In this document: piece by piece, positions 12,570-24,213 of the stretch
Layout of the letters: every line of letters begins with the position of its first letter
How positions within the stretch are numbered: the first letter of the stretch is position 1
Origin: Oikopleura dioica
Lineage: Eukaryota > Animalia > Chordata
Assembly (NCBI GenBank): GCA_907165135.1
Contig: OU015568.1
Coordinates: 3,596,001-3,660,000, forward strand
Reading direction: 5' to 3'
Length of the DNA: 64,000 nucleotides
Position numbers and translations under genes: made by a program
Notes under the pieces: model-generated
The model's input: the letters and a program-made list of their open reading frames with translations, nothing else
Told to the model about the DNA's origin: nothing
Databases searched by the model: none

Positions 12570-14579
12570 GTCAAATCTGAAACTCGTAAAAACAAAATTT
12601 CAAAAAATGCATCGTCGAAGGTGGAAACTCGCCAAATCACACTTCTCAACATTCCAGCATCTTTCAACTTTTAAAATTCTGGATGAAGAATGTCAAAAAG
12701 TATGGCTTCGCGATTTCCGATCAGGGTTCAATGTCTTCTTCATTTTTTCTCTCTTTTCGGCTTTTTGATTTTTGAAAACCGAGAAATGTAAAAATGAAAA
12801 TCTGAAAGTATCAATTTGGGGGAAATGGGAGGCGCAGGAAGTCGGGCAGGTGTCACGAGGGGTCGCCGCTTCTGATTGGCCGCTGAAAAAAACTTTCCTT
12901 TGGAGTTCTCGACGATTCCGATTTGTTACGTAATAGGTTGTCAATTATTGGTATTTTGATAAATTTCTTATTCGCGGAAGAATGGAATCTGATCGAAATT
13001 AGCGCTTTTTACGAGGAATTTGATTGTTTCTGATAAGATGAGACCCAAAAATTCAAGTAATCCCTTATCACAAATTAATGATTTTGGTTAGAAAAAGCTT
13101 TTAATACCATTTTTCAGCGTAAAACCTGATTTTTTTCTGTAAAAACTCAAGAAAAAACACCGAAACTCTCTCTTTTTTATGAAAAAGTTGGTCTAATAGG
13201 CCCAAAATAACTAAAGTAGGCGTAGCAGAACCCACGTGACCTTGAAGATCTTTGTTTGATTTATAACTGATAAAAATTTCTCTTTGAAATGCATTTAGTT
13301 AGAAGCTAAAAACTAGAAAAACGAGTAATTTGTCTATTAAAATCTCTCTCCCTCTCGATATTTTTTTGCGAGTTTGGTCTGGTTTCTCAGTTTCGTGGAA
13401 AAAGTAAAAAGTGAAAAGCGCGGCTTTGGATTGGGCTGATTTGAGAAATGTAATGGGCAAACATAAGAAACGCCGCTGCCTTCGTCACCTTTCTTCGCCT
13501 ACGAGAATCAAGCCAAGAGCCAGTGGCCGCCAGACGAGCTAACCCACCCGCTACTTCAAAATCGCAAATACGCCCAGATCCACGTCGCCTTTTTCGAATT
13601 TATTTACAGTAATTGCAGTGCAACTAATACTTATATTTAATGCGATTCCTGGGCGAATTAATAATAAGGACAAGGGAAAATTAAACTTTTTTTTATTAAA
13701 TTTTCTTTTCTAATGAAAACAAATTATTAATTTAAAATTAAATACATTTTGAAGCCCTGTTTTCGAAAGAAACCAATCTTTTTTCTCAAAAATAACCCAA
13801 AAATCAATCGAAAATGGCCAGCTTCCATTATTTCATTTCTAACCAAGAGGATTATTCAAGAAAACTAAGCACCTCTCTATTATTTTCTCATTCTTTTTGC
13901 TTTTATTATTTCGCTCATCTCGCAATTCTGTCAATTTGCTTTTAGAAAAAGACACGGCTCAGAACATATAAAATAAAAATTGGTTTATTGTCACTCTAAA
14001 TATTTTGCCCCTCTTGAGTTTTCGCGTTTTGGCGACTCTTTTCTTTCTGTTTTGCGATTTTCGCGGAATCGATGAATCAATTTTTCACCATTTGCTCTGT
14101 CCACTCGTAATCCAGCTGCTCGATGACCTTTTATCCTTTTTTCTACATTTGTCCGTGATTTTTCTAGAAAATTTCTTATTTACAGTGCAGTCAGTAGTTC
14201 AGAAGATAAACTACTTGTCCTAGAGAAGGAAAAAACCCGTAATTGCTGATAAATGTCAATGTTTGTATATTTTCTTGATGGATGTGTAACAATGTCTACG
14301 GAATCGTATCTGATGTCAATAGATGTCTACGGATGTCTGTCGATGTTTTCACAAAATTCTTGATGTCTGTAGCTGTCTGTAAATATCTGTAGATGCCTAA
14401 AGACGCCTGTAGATCAGAGTAAATGTCCTGAGATGTCATTTTAAGTCAAAATTCGACATCTGATTATAATATCATGTAGATCAAACAAACTTTCCCTTCC
14501 TTGAATTTCCTCAATTATTTCTGTTGTTCCTTTTACGATTATCCAAAATCATTTACAGATTGAAATCATTGAATGAATA

Positions 14580-17500
14580 ATGAGCTCGGTAGACTTCGGA
14601 CCGAGCTCACAGACGCTCACCTTCAACGAGTCGGATGAACTGATCGGAGGAGGAACTCAAGCGACCGACTATGAATTTACCGATTTCACCATGCCAAGGT
14701 TGATATTTTTTGTCAAGAATAACTTGTTAACACTTTGTTTCGTAGCCAAAGTCAAAGTCTTGCGTCGCAGGATTTTGATGGCCTTGGCGGGAAGACGCCA
14801 CGAGGATTAGGATCGCAGATTATCGAAGAGGACGAGTTTGAAGATCAACTCGCAGAGGACATCAATGATCTACAGGTACTCAATAAAACGCTAATTATGT
14901 GCTAATATATCGATAGATAAATAATCTTTAACCAATTATCCGATTTCTATCTTCATCTCTCATCGTCAATTCTAGTTCAAAGAAGATGAGGAAGAATACG
15001 ACGAAAATATCGACTCGATTCAAGCCAAAGACCTGCCCGAGCATGCATGCTCTTATTGCGGCCTGCACGACCCGATGTACGTAGTGAAATGTCAACTGAC
15101 AAAGAAGTGGTTTTGCAACGGACGCGGGACAACCTCCGGCTCGCATATCATCAATCATCTCGTCCGGGCCAAGTGCAAAGAAGTCAGCCTGCACAAGGGA
15201 GGGCAACTTGGCGACACCGTGCTCGAATGCTTCTCTTGCGGCTGTCGAAACATCTTTCTTCTCGGCTATATTCCGGCCAAAGGAGATTCCGTCGTGGTCC
15301 TTCTTTGTCGGACCCCTTGCGCCGCTCAGGCAAAGAAAGAAAAAGACAAATGGGACGCAACGGAATGGGCTCCGATCATCCAAGACCGCGCTTTTCTTTC
15401 CTGGATCGTGAAGGTTCCTTCCGACGGGGAGCAGTCCCGCGCTCGTCAAATCTCCGCGCAGCAAATGAACAAACTCGAGGAGCTGTGGAAGGATCAGCCG
15501 GACGCGACTGTGGACGATATTCTCCGCGGCAACGTCGCCGTAGACGATGTACAGTCCGTATCTCTCCGTTACCAAGACGCTTACCAGTACCAGAACATCT
15601 TCGGCCCGTTGATTCTCCGCGAGGCCGACTACGACAAGAAAACGAAAGAAAGTCAGACGCAAAATGCCATCACAAACGTTCGCTGGGACACGGCGCTGAA
15701 TAAACGAAAAGTTGCCTACATGAATTTGCCGAAAACGGACTCGGAAATGCGACTCATGTGTGGAGACGAAGTTCGATTGCGATTACCAGCGGAAAACTGG
15801 GAATCGACAGGTCACGTGGTCAAAGTTCCAGATAATTTTGGGGATGAAATTGGTCTCGAACTCAGGTAAGAATATTTTAACCTGGTCAGTTTTGTCCTTC
15901 ACTTTCTAAAATTCTTATCTCCCTTTTAAATTTCTTCATAGAGCAAATGTCCCACACGGAATCCTTGAAACTTCCCGTGGGTTTTCCCTCGAATTCATCT
16001 GGAAATCCACCTCTTTCGATCGAATGCAAGCTGCCCTAAAAGCCTTCGCCGTTGATGAGTCCTCGGTCTCTGGCTATCTCTACCACAAACTCCTCGGCAA
16101 CGATATCGAAGAGCAAAATCTCAAGATTCCCTCGCTTCCGCGACGATTTTCCGCGCCTGGACTTCCAGATTTAAATCATTCCCAAGCGTATGCAGTGAAG
16201 ACAGTCTTGCAGAAGCCTCTATCGCTGATTCAAGGGCCTCCTGGAACAGGGAAGACGGTTACTTCAGCGACGCTGGTTTATCATCTGGTCAAATCGACGG
16301 AGATGGGACAGGTTCTCGTCTGTGCACCGTCGAATATTGCTGTTGATCAGCTTACGGAGAAGATTCATAAAACTGGCTTGAAAGGTAGGGTTCTAGTTTA
16401 GTCCTCGGGAAACTGTGTAAGAATCTGAGTGAGGTTTCTTGTTGTGTTTTAATAAAACACGAAGGATATTCAAATGAAAATTTTCATCAATCGCAATTTT
16501 GCGATTTTTGAGGCTTCTGATCCGCTCTTGCAAAGAATCTTGTTTTTTAAGATTTTAAGGACCTTGATGCAGGTTTTTACACAGTTTCTTGAGCACAGAT
16601 CTTGTTATTGTACCTCCTTACTAAACGATGTTCTTTAAAGTCGTTCGTCTTTGCGCGAAGAGCCGTGAAAACGTCGACTCTTCTGTCGGAGCGCTCTCAC
16701 TCCACAACCAAGTCAAGAACTTAAATGAACAACGCGAGCTACGAAAACTCTGCGAACTCAAGAGCGAAATGGGCGAACTTGCTCCGAATGACGAAAAGCG
16801 TTATCGATCCCTTCGACGACAAGCTGAGAAAGATCTCTTGCTCAATGCTGATGTCATTTGCACTACTTGCGTTGGCGCTGGCGATCCTCGACTTGCCAAG
16901 TTTCGATTTAGAGCGGTTCTGGTCGATGAGTCTACTCAAGCAACGGAACCAGAGTGCATGGTTCCGATCGTTCTGGGCGCAAAGCAAGTCATTCTAGTCG
17001 GAGATCATTGCCAACTTGGCCCTGTTGTCATGTGCAAAAAGGCAGGAAACGCTGGTCTTTGCCAGTCGCTTTTTGAGCGCCTCGTCATCTTGGGAATCCG
17101 ACCCATTCGACTGCAAGTGCAATATCGAATGCACCCCGCGCTATCTCAATTCCCATCGTCCGTGTTTTACGAAGGCTCGCTCCAAAACGGCGTTAATCCA
17201 GCAGACCGTTCCGCGAGTGGCTTCAACTGGCCCGTTCCCGACAAGCCGATGTTTTTCTACAAATGCCACGGACAGGAAGAAATTGCATCCAGTGGCACTT
17301 CGTATCTGAACAGAGCGGAAGCAGCAGTCGTGGAAAAGATCACAACGCGATTGCTCAAAGCTGGTGTCAAGCCGGAACAAATCGGAATCATCACGCCCTA
17401 CGAAGGCCAGCGCTCCTATCTCGTCCAATTCATGCAGTTCAATGGACCGCTGCATACGAAACTCTACCAAGACGTTGAAGTAGCCTCCGTTGATGCTTTC

Positions 17501-18753
17501 CAGGGACGAGAAAAGGACTACATCATCCTCTCATGCGTCAGAGCTAACGAACATCAAGGCATTGGATTTCTGAATGAGCCGAGACGACTGAATGTGGCGC
17601 TGACTAGAGCGAGATATGGGGTCATCATCGTTGGTAATCCAAAAGCGCTCTCCAGACACTCGATGTGGAACAACTTGCTTACGTATTTCAAGGAAAGGGT
17701 TTATTTTTTGTTCTTCGGGCAACATAAAATTGAGTTTTTTCTCTTGGTTGATGAATTTATATAAACAGGTTAAATTCCGCCCTAATGGACTTTTAGGACA
17801 ACCAAGTAGAGATGCTTCTGACTGCTTCAGTACTTCTGAGCCTTAGAACATTACTATCCATCATAGATGATAACCGATATTAAATTCTAGGAACCGTAAA
17901 TATCAGATTTCAAAGACTTTTAAACAATAACCTACTTCGAACTCTGATGAAACCCTTTTCTGAAATTGAATCATTTGTCAAGATCCGTCCCCCCGACGAG
18001 AATAATTCGATAACTTACATATATCCAACATTTTCAAATTGAAATTGGTTTTAATTATTAAAACCCTCGAAAAGGACAACCATACTCTGGTCGAAGGACC
18101 TCTCAACGATCTGCGAGAATCAGCAATCCAATTCGTCAAGCCAAGAACCGACAAAAACCTTGGCCAACAAGGCCGATGGGCTCAGACCGCCACTTGGGAT
18201 GCTAAAGAAGCACTCGTCCCAGGTTCTACATCCTCACTTTTCTCCTTTTCTAGCTTAAATTCTAGGAGGGCCTTATGATCGACAACGGAACGCGCCGCGA
18301 ACATACGATCCAATGGGCCGAATTTCTCATCATCCAGGCAATCTTCCAGGCGTTGGCGTTCCAATGAACATGGTGATGGGCTCTCAGTACGGTTCGCGAC
18401 CACCACGAGCAGCTGGAAAAGGCGGCAAGGGTTACATGCGCAATCGCGACGACCGCGGCGGCTCTGGCGATGGTCCTCTCAGCCAGGACAACATGACGCA
18501 ATCGTTCTCCCAGGGATTCACGCAGGGCTCCAACTCGCAGCAAATGAGCCAATCTGGCCTGAGCCAAGGCATGGGAAGCCAGCTGAGCCAGGGATTCAGC
18601 CAGGGTTTCTCACAGGGCATGGGCTTTAGCCAGGACATCGACGCCAGCCAAGCCGAGCAGTGGGGACGCAGCCAGCTCGACTTGCTCAGCCAGGATACCA
18701 CTTACCAAGGAGAACGAGGATATTCTGGGGGCATTGATTTCTCGCAAATTTAG
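14580..18753 (+). CDS. UPF1: Regulator of nonsense transcripts 1 (NMD helicase), multi-exon
   Basis: N-terminus [15 protein letters not shown] domain ([23 protein letters not shown]), SF1 motifs [19 protein letters not shown] and [10 protein letters not shown], and an SQ-rich tail. Confidence 0.98.
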
Positions 18754-19206
18754 AGACTCGGCGAGAGCCTCACTAGAGTCTCACTCAGTAGGAAAGGCGC
18801 TGATATGTCTACTTTACTAAAATTGTTTTTTCCCGATAAGAAAGTGGTTCTGGAGTTACATTAATGAAAGTCGTATTTACCAGTAGTCAAAGCTGTTCCT
18901 TATCAGCGCCTGATAAGAAACGCCCCTTGAATTTGATCGATTTTTCGTTCGGTTTCGGAAGCTGATATGATGCACGTAAAGAGGACAATTTTAAAGACGA
19001 CCACCAGAGGGCGATCTTGGAAGAAATTAACAACAAACATCTGTTACAAAAAATCATTCAAAATCAGACAGAAGACCATCACCAATTTCCAGAAAAAATA
19101 TCTGCCAAGCAACTAAATTTCCGCCAATTTATAATCATCTGTGCAATAAACAGTTACTTGAGTTGCAGATAGAAGAAGAAAAGCTAGAAAAACATAAATT
19201 GTATTA

Positions 19207-19611
19207 CCGTGGTTTTCCATCTTAAGAGCGCCCAACTTAAGAGCGTTTTTGCCAATATTTTCCAAATTTAGTTATCTGAGAAAATCCCAACTTTAGAGCG
19301 TTTTTAGGAATTTTTAATTAATAATTAGAATAACGTTTATTTCAACCTGAAAAATCATTGAAAAAAATTGTTTTCTACGCTTTTTTCTCAGGTGAAATCA
19401 TAGCCTCTGATTCAAAGATCGTAATTTTTTTATCATAAATAGGTAAAAATGACCTCAGATGCATTTTTAGAGTTTTGGAAAAAATTCTTTTTATGTATTT
19501 TCATTCATCATTTTTTCATGTCATCCTAGTTTGATCGTAAATTTTCCAACTTAAGAGCGTTTTGGTCCACCCTTGTCATCTGAAAAACGCTCTTAAGATG
19601 GAAAACGACGG
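19207..19611. mobile_element. Tc1/mariner-pogo-type MITE
   Basis: 24-bp TIR CCGT(G/C)GTTTTCCATCTTAAGAGCG with TA on both sides; internal copies of AACTTAAGAGCGTTTT. Confidence 0.8.
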
Positions 19612-20002
19612 TATACTAAAATTGGTGCTCCTTGATTTACGATCCCACGATTCATCCGAGAAACTTCAAAATAGCAAAAAATAGCAACATCCTGTTTGTT
19701 CATACAGTAACATCTTCAGCAACATTCAATCTTTTTGTTTCTTTTTTGAAAGTTCGAAATACTACTCGAAGAAAATATTCCAGCTAGAAATGCCGACCAC
19801 TCTTCCTTACAGCATATTCCATATTGTTCAAGCTACCGTACTGTATCTGCATTACTCTCACTCATTACTGTATTTCTTCACTTCTAAGAAACAGTACTCA
19901 CTTTAACTCATCACGAACGAGAACCCTTTTAACATCTCAATTAAAAAAATATTCCGCTAATGGTGTGATGACCATGATTTTCCTATTAGTTTATAGAACA
20001 TA

Positions 20003-21030
20003 TGATGAATTACCATAAGAATTTTTTGGACAAAAAATTTTTTTCTTAGATAAGGGGATATCCTGAAAGCCCGTAAAAAATTAGACTGATTTCCAAAATT
20101 CTAGTGCCCGATGACGTCATTATGACGTCATAAGGGGCTTTTGAAAAAATTTCATTTTTGACCATTTTTGAGCCGGAAAACGACGGTCGATCCCTTTTTT
20201 CTTTTGTGGATCTTGTAGCTCAGGACCTGAGCCTTACTTACCCGGGGTCAAAAAATTCTAGAGGTCACGTGTTATTACGTAATAGGAGGCCCCAAACTTG
20301 GTATTATCTTATATTGTTAATTTAACTGTATAAAATGTTTATAGTGTTTATATTTTTTAGTAAATATTTATCACATGACCAAAAATGACTCATAACAGTC
20401 ATCCGGAGGACCTCTTTACTGGAGGAAAATTGCTGGAAGACTTCTTTAAAAAGTCTCTCGATTTCAATTTTTTTTTAATTTGAATCTTCTCAGCCCATAA
20501 TTCGGACATTTTCTTGGGTTTTCTGGGTTTCTATTTTGTTTTTGCAGCATCTTTCAATAATTTTTTGAGAAAATCTATTTTTTGAAATAAATTCTTCCAG
20601 CATCTTTCTTCCAGTAGAGAGGTCCTCCGGATGACTGTTATGAGTCATTTTTGGTCATGTGATAAATATTTACTAAAAAATATAATCACTATATACATTT
20701 TATACAGTTAAATTAACAATATAAGATAATACCAAGTTTGGGGCCTCCTATTACGTAATAACACGTGACCTCTAGAATTTTTTGACCCCGGGTAAGTAAG
20801 GCTCAGGTCCTGAGCTACAAGATCCACAAAAGAAAAAAGGGATCGACCGTCGTTTTCCGGCTCAAAAATGGTCAAAAATGAAATTTTTTCAAAAGCCCCT
20901 TATGACGTCATAATGACGTCATCGGGCACTAGAATTTTGGAAACCAGTCTAATTTTTTACCGGCTTTCAGGATATCCCCTTATCTAAGAAAAAAATTATT
21001 TGACCAAAAAATTCTTATGGTAATTCATCA
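20003..21030. mobile_element. About 1-kb foldback element with near-identical 440-bp arms
   Basis: 20003-~20440 is the reverse complement of ~20592-21030; flanked by TA. Confidence 0.88.
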
Positions 21031-24000
21031 TATATAAAGCGGCAATCAATTATAAAGTAAAGCTTTCCCTCGCTTTCCTAATAGCGAAGCGTTCCTATAA
21101 TCGAAGATAAGCCCTTAAAGAGCGAGGTGGTCCTAATAAAAACATGCTCGGCAATGATTTTAAGGGAACGCTTCCTCAGGGAAGATAAGCGCAGTGTTTT
21201 CAAGTAAAAGTTCAATGATTTGATTTTTCTTTCGATTGGTTTTTATTGCTTATAGATTGAATTTGATGATGTTTACGAATGCTTATGTGAAGATATGGGA
21301 GGGGCAAATGTGATACAGGTTTGTTGATTCATGCTCAAAAAATGCTATTGTTTGACATGCTGAGACATCTCGGGACATTCACGGACATTTTGGTCTATTC
21401 TTGGACATCGAGGGGCATCGAGGAACATTTTGGGACATTCATAAACAGTTGGCGGACAATTATAGAGAGTCAAAGACATCTTTGGGTCACTCAAACGTCT
21501 TAAGACCCTTTGAGAATTTCTCGAAAGATATTTTAAGGCAGGAAAAGCCCGTTTGTTGTTTGAGCTGGAGGAATGAAGGAAGGTTGTTGTGGCTTTTGTC
21601 AGATTAGTGCCGATTCGTGGTGACTGTTGCTTTTTCTCGCGGTCCGCTAGAAAGAGGTCGCTAACCGTAATCATGCATAAAAAGTTTGTTTCTCACGCAG
21701 CCTGATATATCCTTATCAGTGACGAAATTGAGTCAGGGCTACGTCTGCCTTCTCCCTTATCGCCTTAAAACTCTACTAACGGAGCATATTAAAGAAGATT
21801 GAACGAGCGTAAGCGTTATTTTCGCAGCCGTTGGTCTGATAAAAAAAGCATAATTTACTTGCTGAAATTTCCGATAGAATTAGGTCGGCTTTGGTCGGCG
21901 GCTCAGAAAAGAATCCTCCGTGGAAATAATCAAAAGATTTCCAAAAATATTCTGGCTCGGAGACAAGATGCCTGGACAGAACAGGGCTTGTAATGATGTT
22001 TATTCGAAACATAATAAACGATGTTTTATAAAAGATATTTTTTCTTACAAGCATTAATCGTGAATAACACTACAGTGTAGAGGCTCGCAGCTTTGTCTTT
22101 CTGGGCATACAGTTTCTAGCATGCCAGAATTGCGCTTTTCAACCGCTCTTATTTTCGATGAAATTTAACATAGTGACCCCTCAATTTTCTCTTCAAAAGA
22201 AAAATAAATCTTCTATTTAGTTATTTTCTTCCCTATTTTGAAGAAGGTTATTTCTCTATGTTCGTAGTACTGTCTTCTGCTAATTGCCCTTGCTGTGAGA
22301 ACTAGAATACTTGATAGTCTCTAAATTCGTAACGGGGCTAGAATCGTTTTTGTCGTGCCTTTGCGGCCGTTCTGGCGGGTTTCAATTTCGGCGTTGCCCT
22401 TTTCAGCCAAAAAGGCATTTTGGTGGTGGTGGTGCAGCGGCAGGCCCGATTGGCGGCGGCAGGCTTCAGCCCAAACAAAATGAATCAAACAACGCTTAGA
22501 GGTATGAGGCTCTAGCTTGCCCACGACCTCATAATAGTAGCCCCTAGCCACTAGCCGCTTTATAAATTTACTACAAACTTAAAAATGTTACTTTTACTTT
22601 CCAACGCTAATGTTTCTTTTGAAAAGTAAGCGATTTTTTCCTAAGAGCGTGAGAAGCAGGGAGCACCTACCGGGAAGAGAGCCTTTGATAAGAGATCGCA
22701 TTGAAGAAATCGTTGAAGAAACGAAATAGAGAGAGAAAAAAAGAGACGTAGTTTTCAAAGGTTTGAGTTTGGTGTTTCATTATTGCTGTCCCGTCATGTT
22801 CAATTGAGAATGGCATTCGTTTTGTCGCGGGGCGACAAAAAAACCGCGACAATTTTTTCGTCGAAACGTTGAGCGAATCAAAAGCCACAAAGAAGCGTTG
22901 GCTAAATAAAGGCTTCTTATTGGCTCAAAATTTTCAACCAAAATTTTTTCTGTCGCCATCTTTTGCCGCTCATCAAAAAAAAAATGTCGCGACTTGTGGG
23001 TCTGATGAACTATTATCTGAAAGAAAATCCAGTATGAGAAAGTACTCTCGGAAATGAATATCGGAAATAGTACTTGAATGCTTTTTTCTGTAGCTAGAAT
23101 TCGAGGCGCATGAAAATTGGCACTGCGCCAGTTTTTCAAACTCGATTCAAGTTAGATTACAGTTATCGCTTCCTGTTATGCGTGAATAAACTGCAAAAAG
23201 CTTTGCCGGTTGCAAGTCCTTCAATTTGCACTAACGACAAGACAAGAAGAAAAGAAGGCTATTTTGTTATTACGAGTAGTACTAAGTGGTGGCTTCAATT
23301 TATTCAATTTTGCGCCCCGTCGCGCTCGGGGGGCTTTTATCGGTAAACAAAGATAAGAGCAAGGATTTGTCTAGTTTCTTCAAAAAAAAGAAGGTTTTCT
23401 GAACTCAAGGTTTTCAATTTTTATTAAATTTTTGCGCCGCTTTTCGACTATTTTTCGCTGTTGAGCATCTTGTCAAAATATTTAGGCAAAAACATTTAGC
23501 TAATTAATCTCGCTGTGCCATGTACCAATGCACCACTTAGTCATCTTCGAAGGGCTTCGAAAGTTTGAGCAGCGAGCGTGTAAGAAACATAAATTGGATT
23601 GATGCAGCTGCCAGGCTACTTCTATCGCTGTTTTTCATAAGCCAAATTTTGCGCAAGTCCCTTTGGAACAAGGTGCTTTTTGTGAAGAGCTTTGTCATAA
23701 AATGTTTCTTCAACCATCATTTCTTAGAGAAATATACAACTGTAGTTATAGCTACAGTTTTAATGAAAAAGATGTCCTTTCGAAAAAATATGTTGGACGG
23801 AAAAATAACAGAGCTTTAAAGAAAATTTTTACACTGGAGTAACACTGGAACTATTTTTATGATAACAGATCATAAATACTGCCGAAGCTCAGAAATGAAA
23901 AAGCTCGCCTAGGTCAGCGCGTAGTATCATTAGCGAAAAGGATCAATCAGGTCGTGAATGCCATCAATGACCTTTTCCCGAAATCACTCCGCCAAACACA

Positions 24001-24213
24001 ACGACCACTTGACTCATCTTATCCATTTCCTTTTTACAATTTACTCAAAAGAGCCTAACCTGATGCTTTTCCGACTTCGCCTTTCATCTTTGTTTATTCG
24101 AGGTCTATTTAGTAACGTTTCTTGTTCAGATAATCCAGCAGCTACAGAAAGAGAGCGAGAGAAATAGGCGGCTACCCTTATTCATCGCAACTGAGTAAAG
24201 CAAACGAAGAAGA

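Noticed and set aside
12193-12674. SSAQL-repeat ORFs
   Set aside because: Translation of the AGCTC microsatellite.
14260-14440. Degenerate GATGTCTGTA ~10-bp periodic repeats (similar GACAT tract at 21350-21500)
   Set aside because: Too degenerate to assign boundaries or function.
14928-17725. Long antisense and alternate-frame ORFs over UPF1 (also 62892-63566 over the EGF gene)
   Set aside because: Codon-bias shadows of conserved genes.
21050-24200. Many short ORFs upstream of the septin
   Set aside because: No motifs or consistent splice structure; likely regulatory or non-coding.
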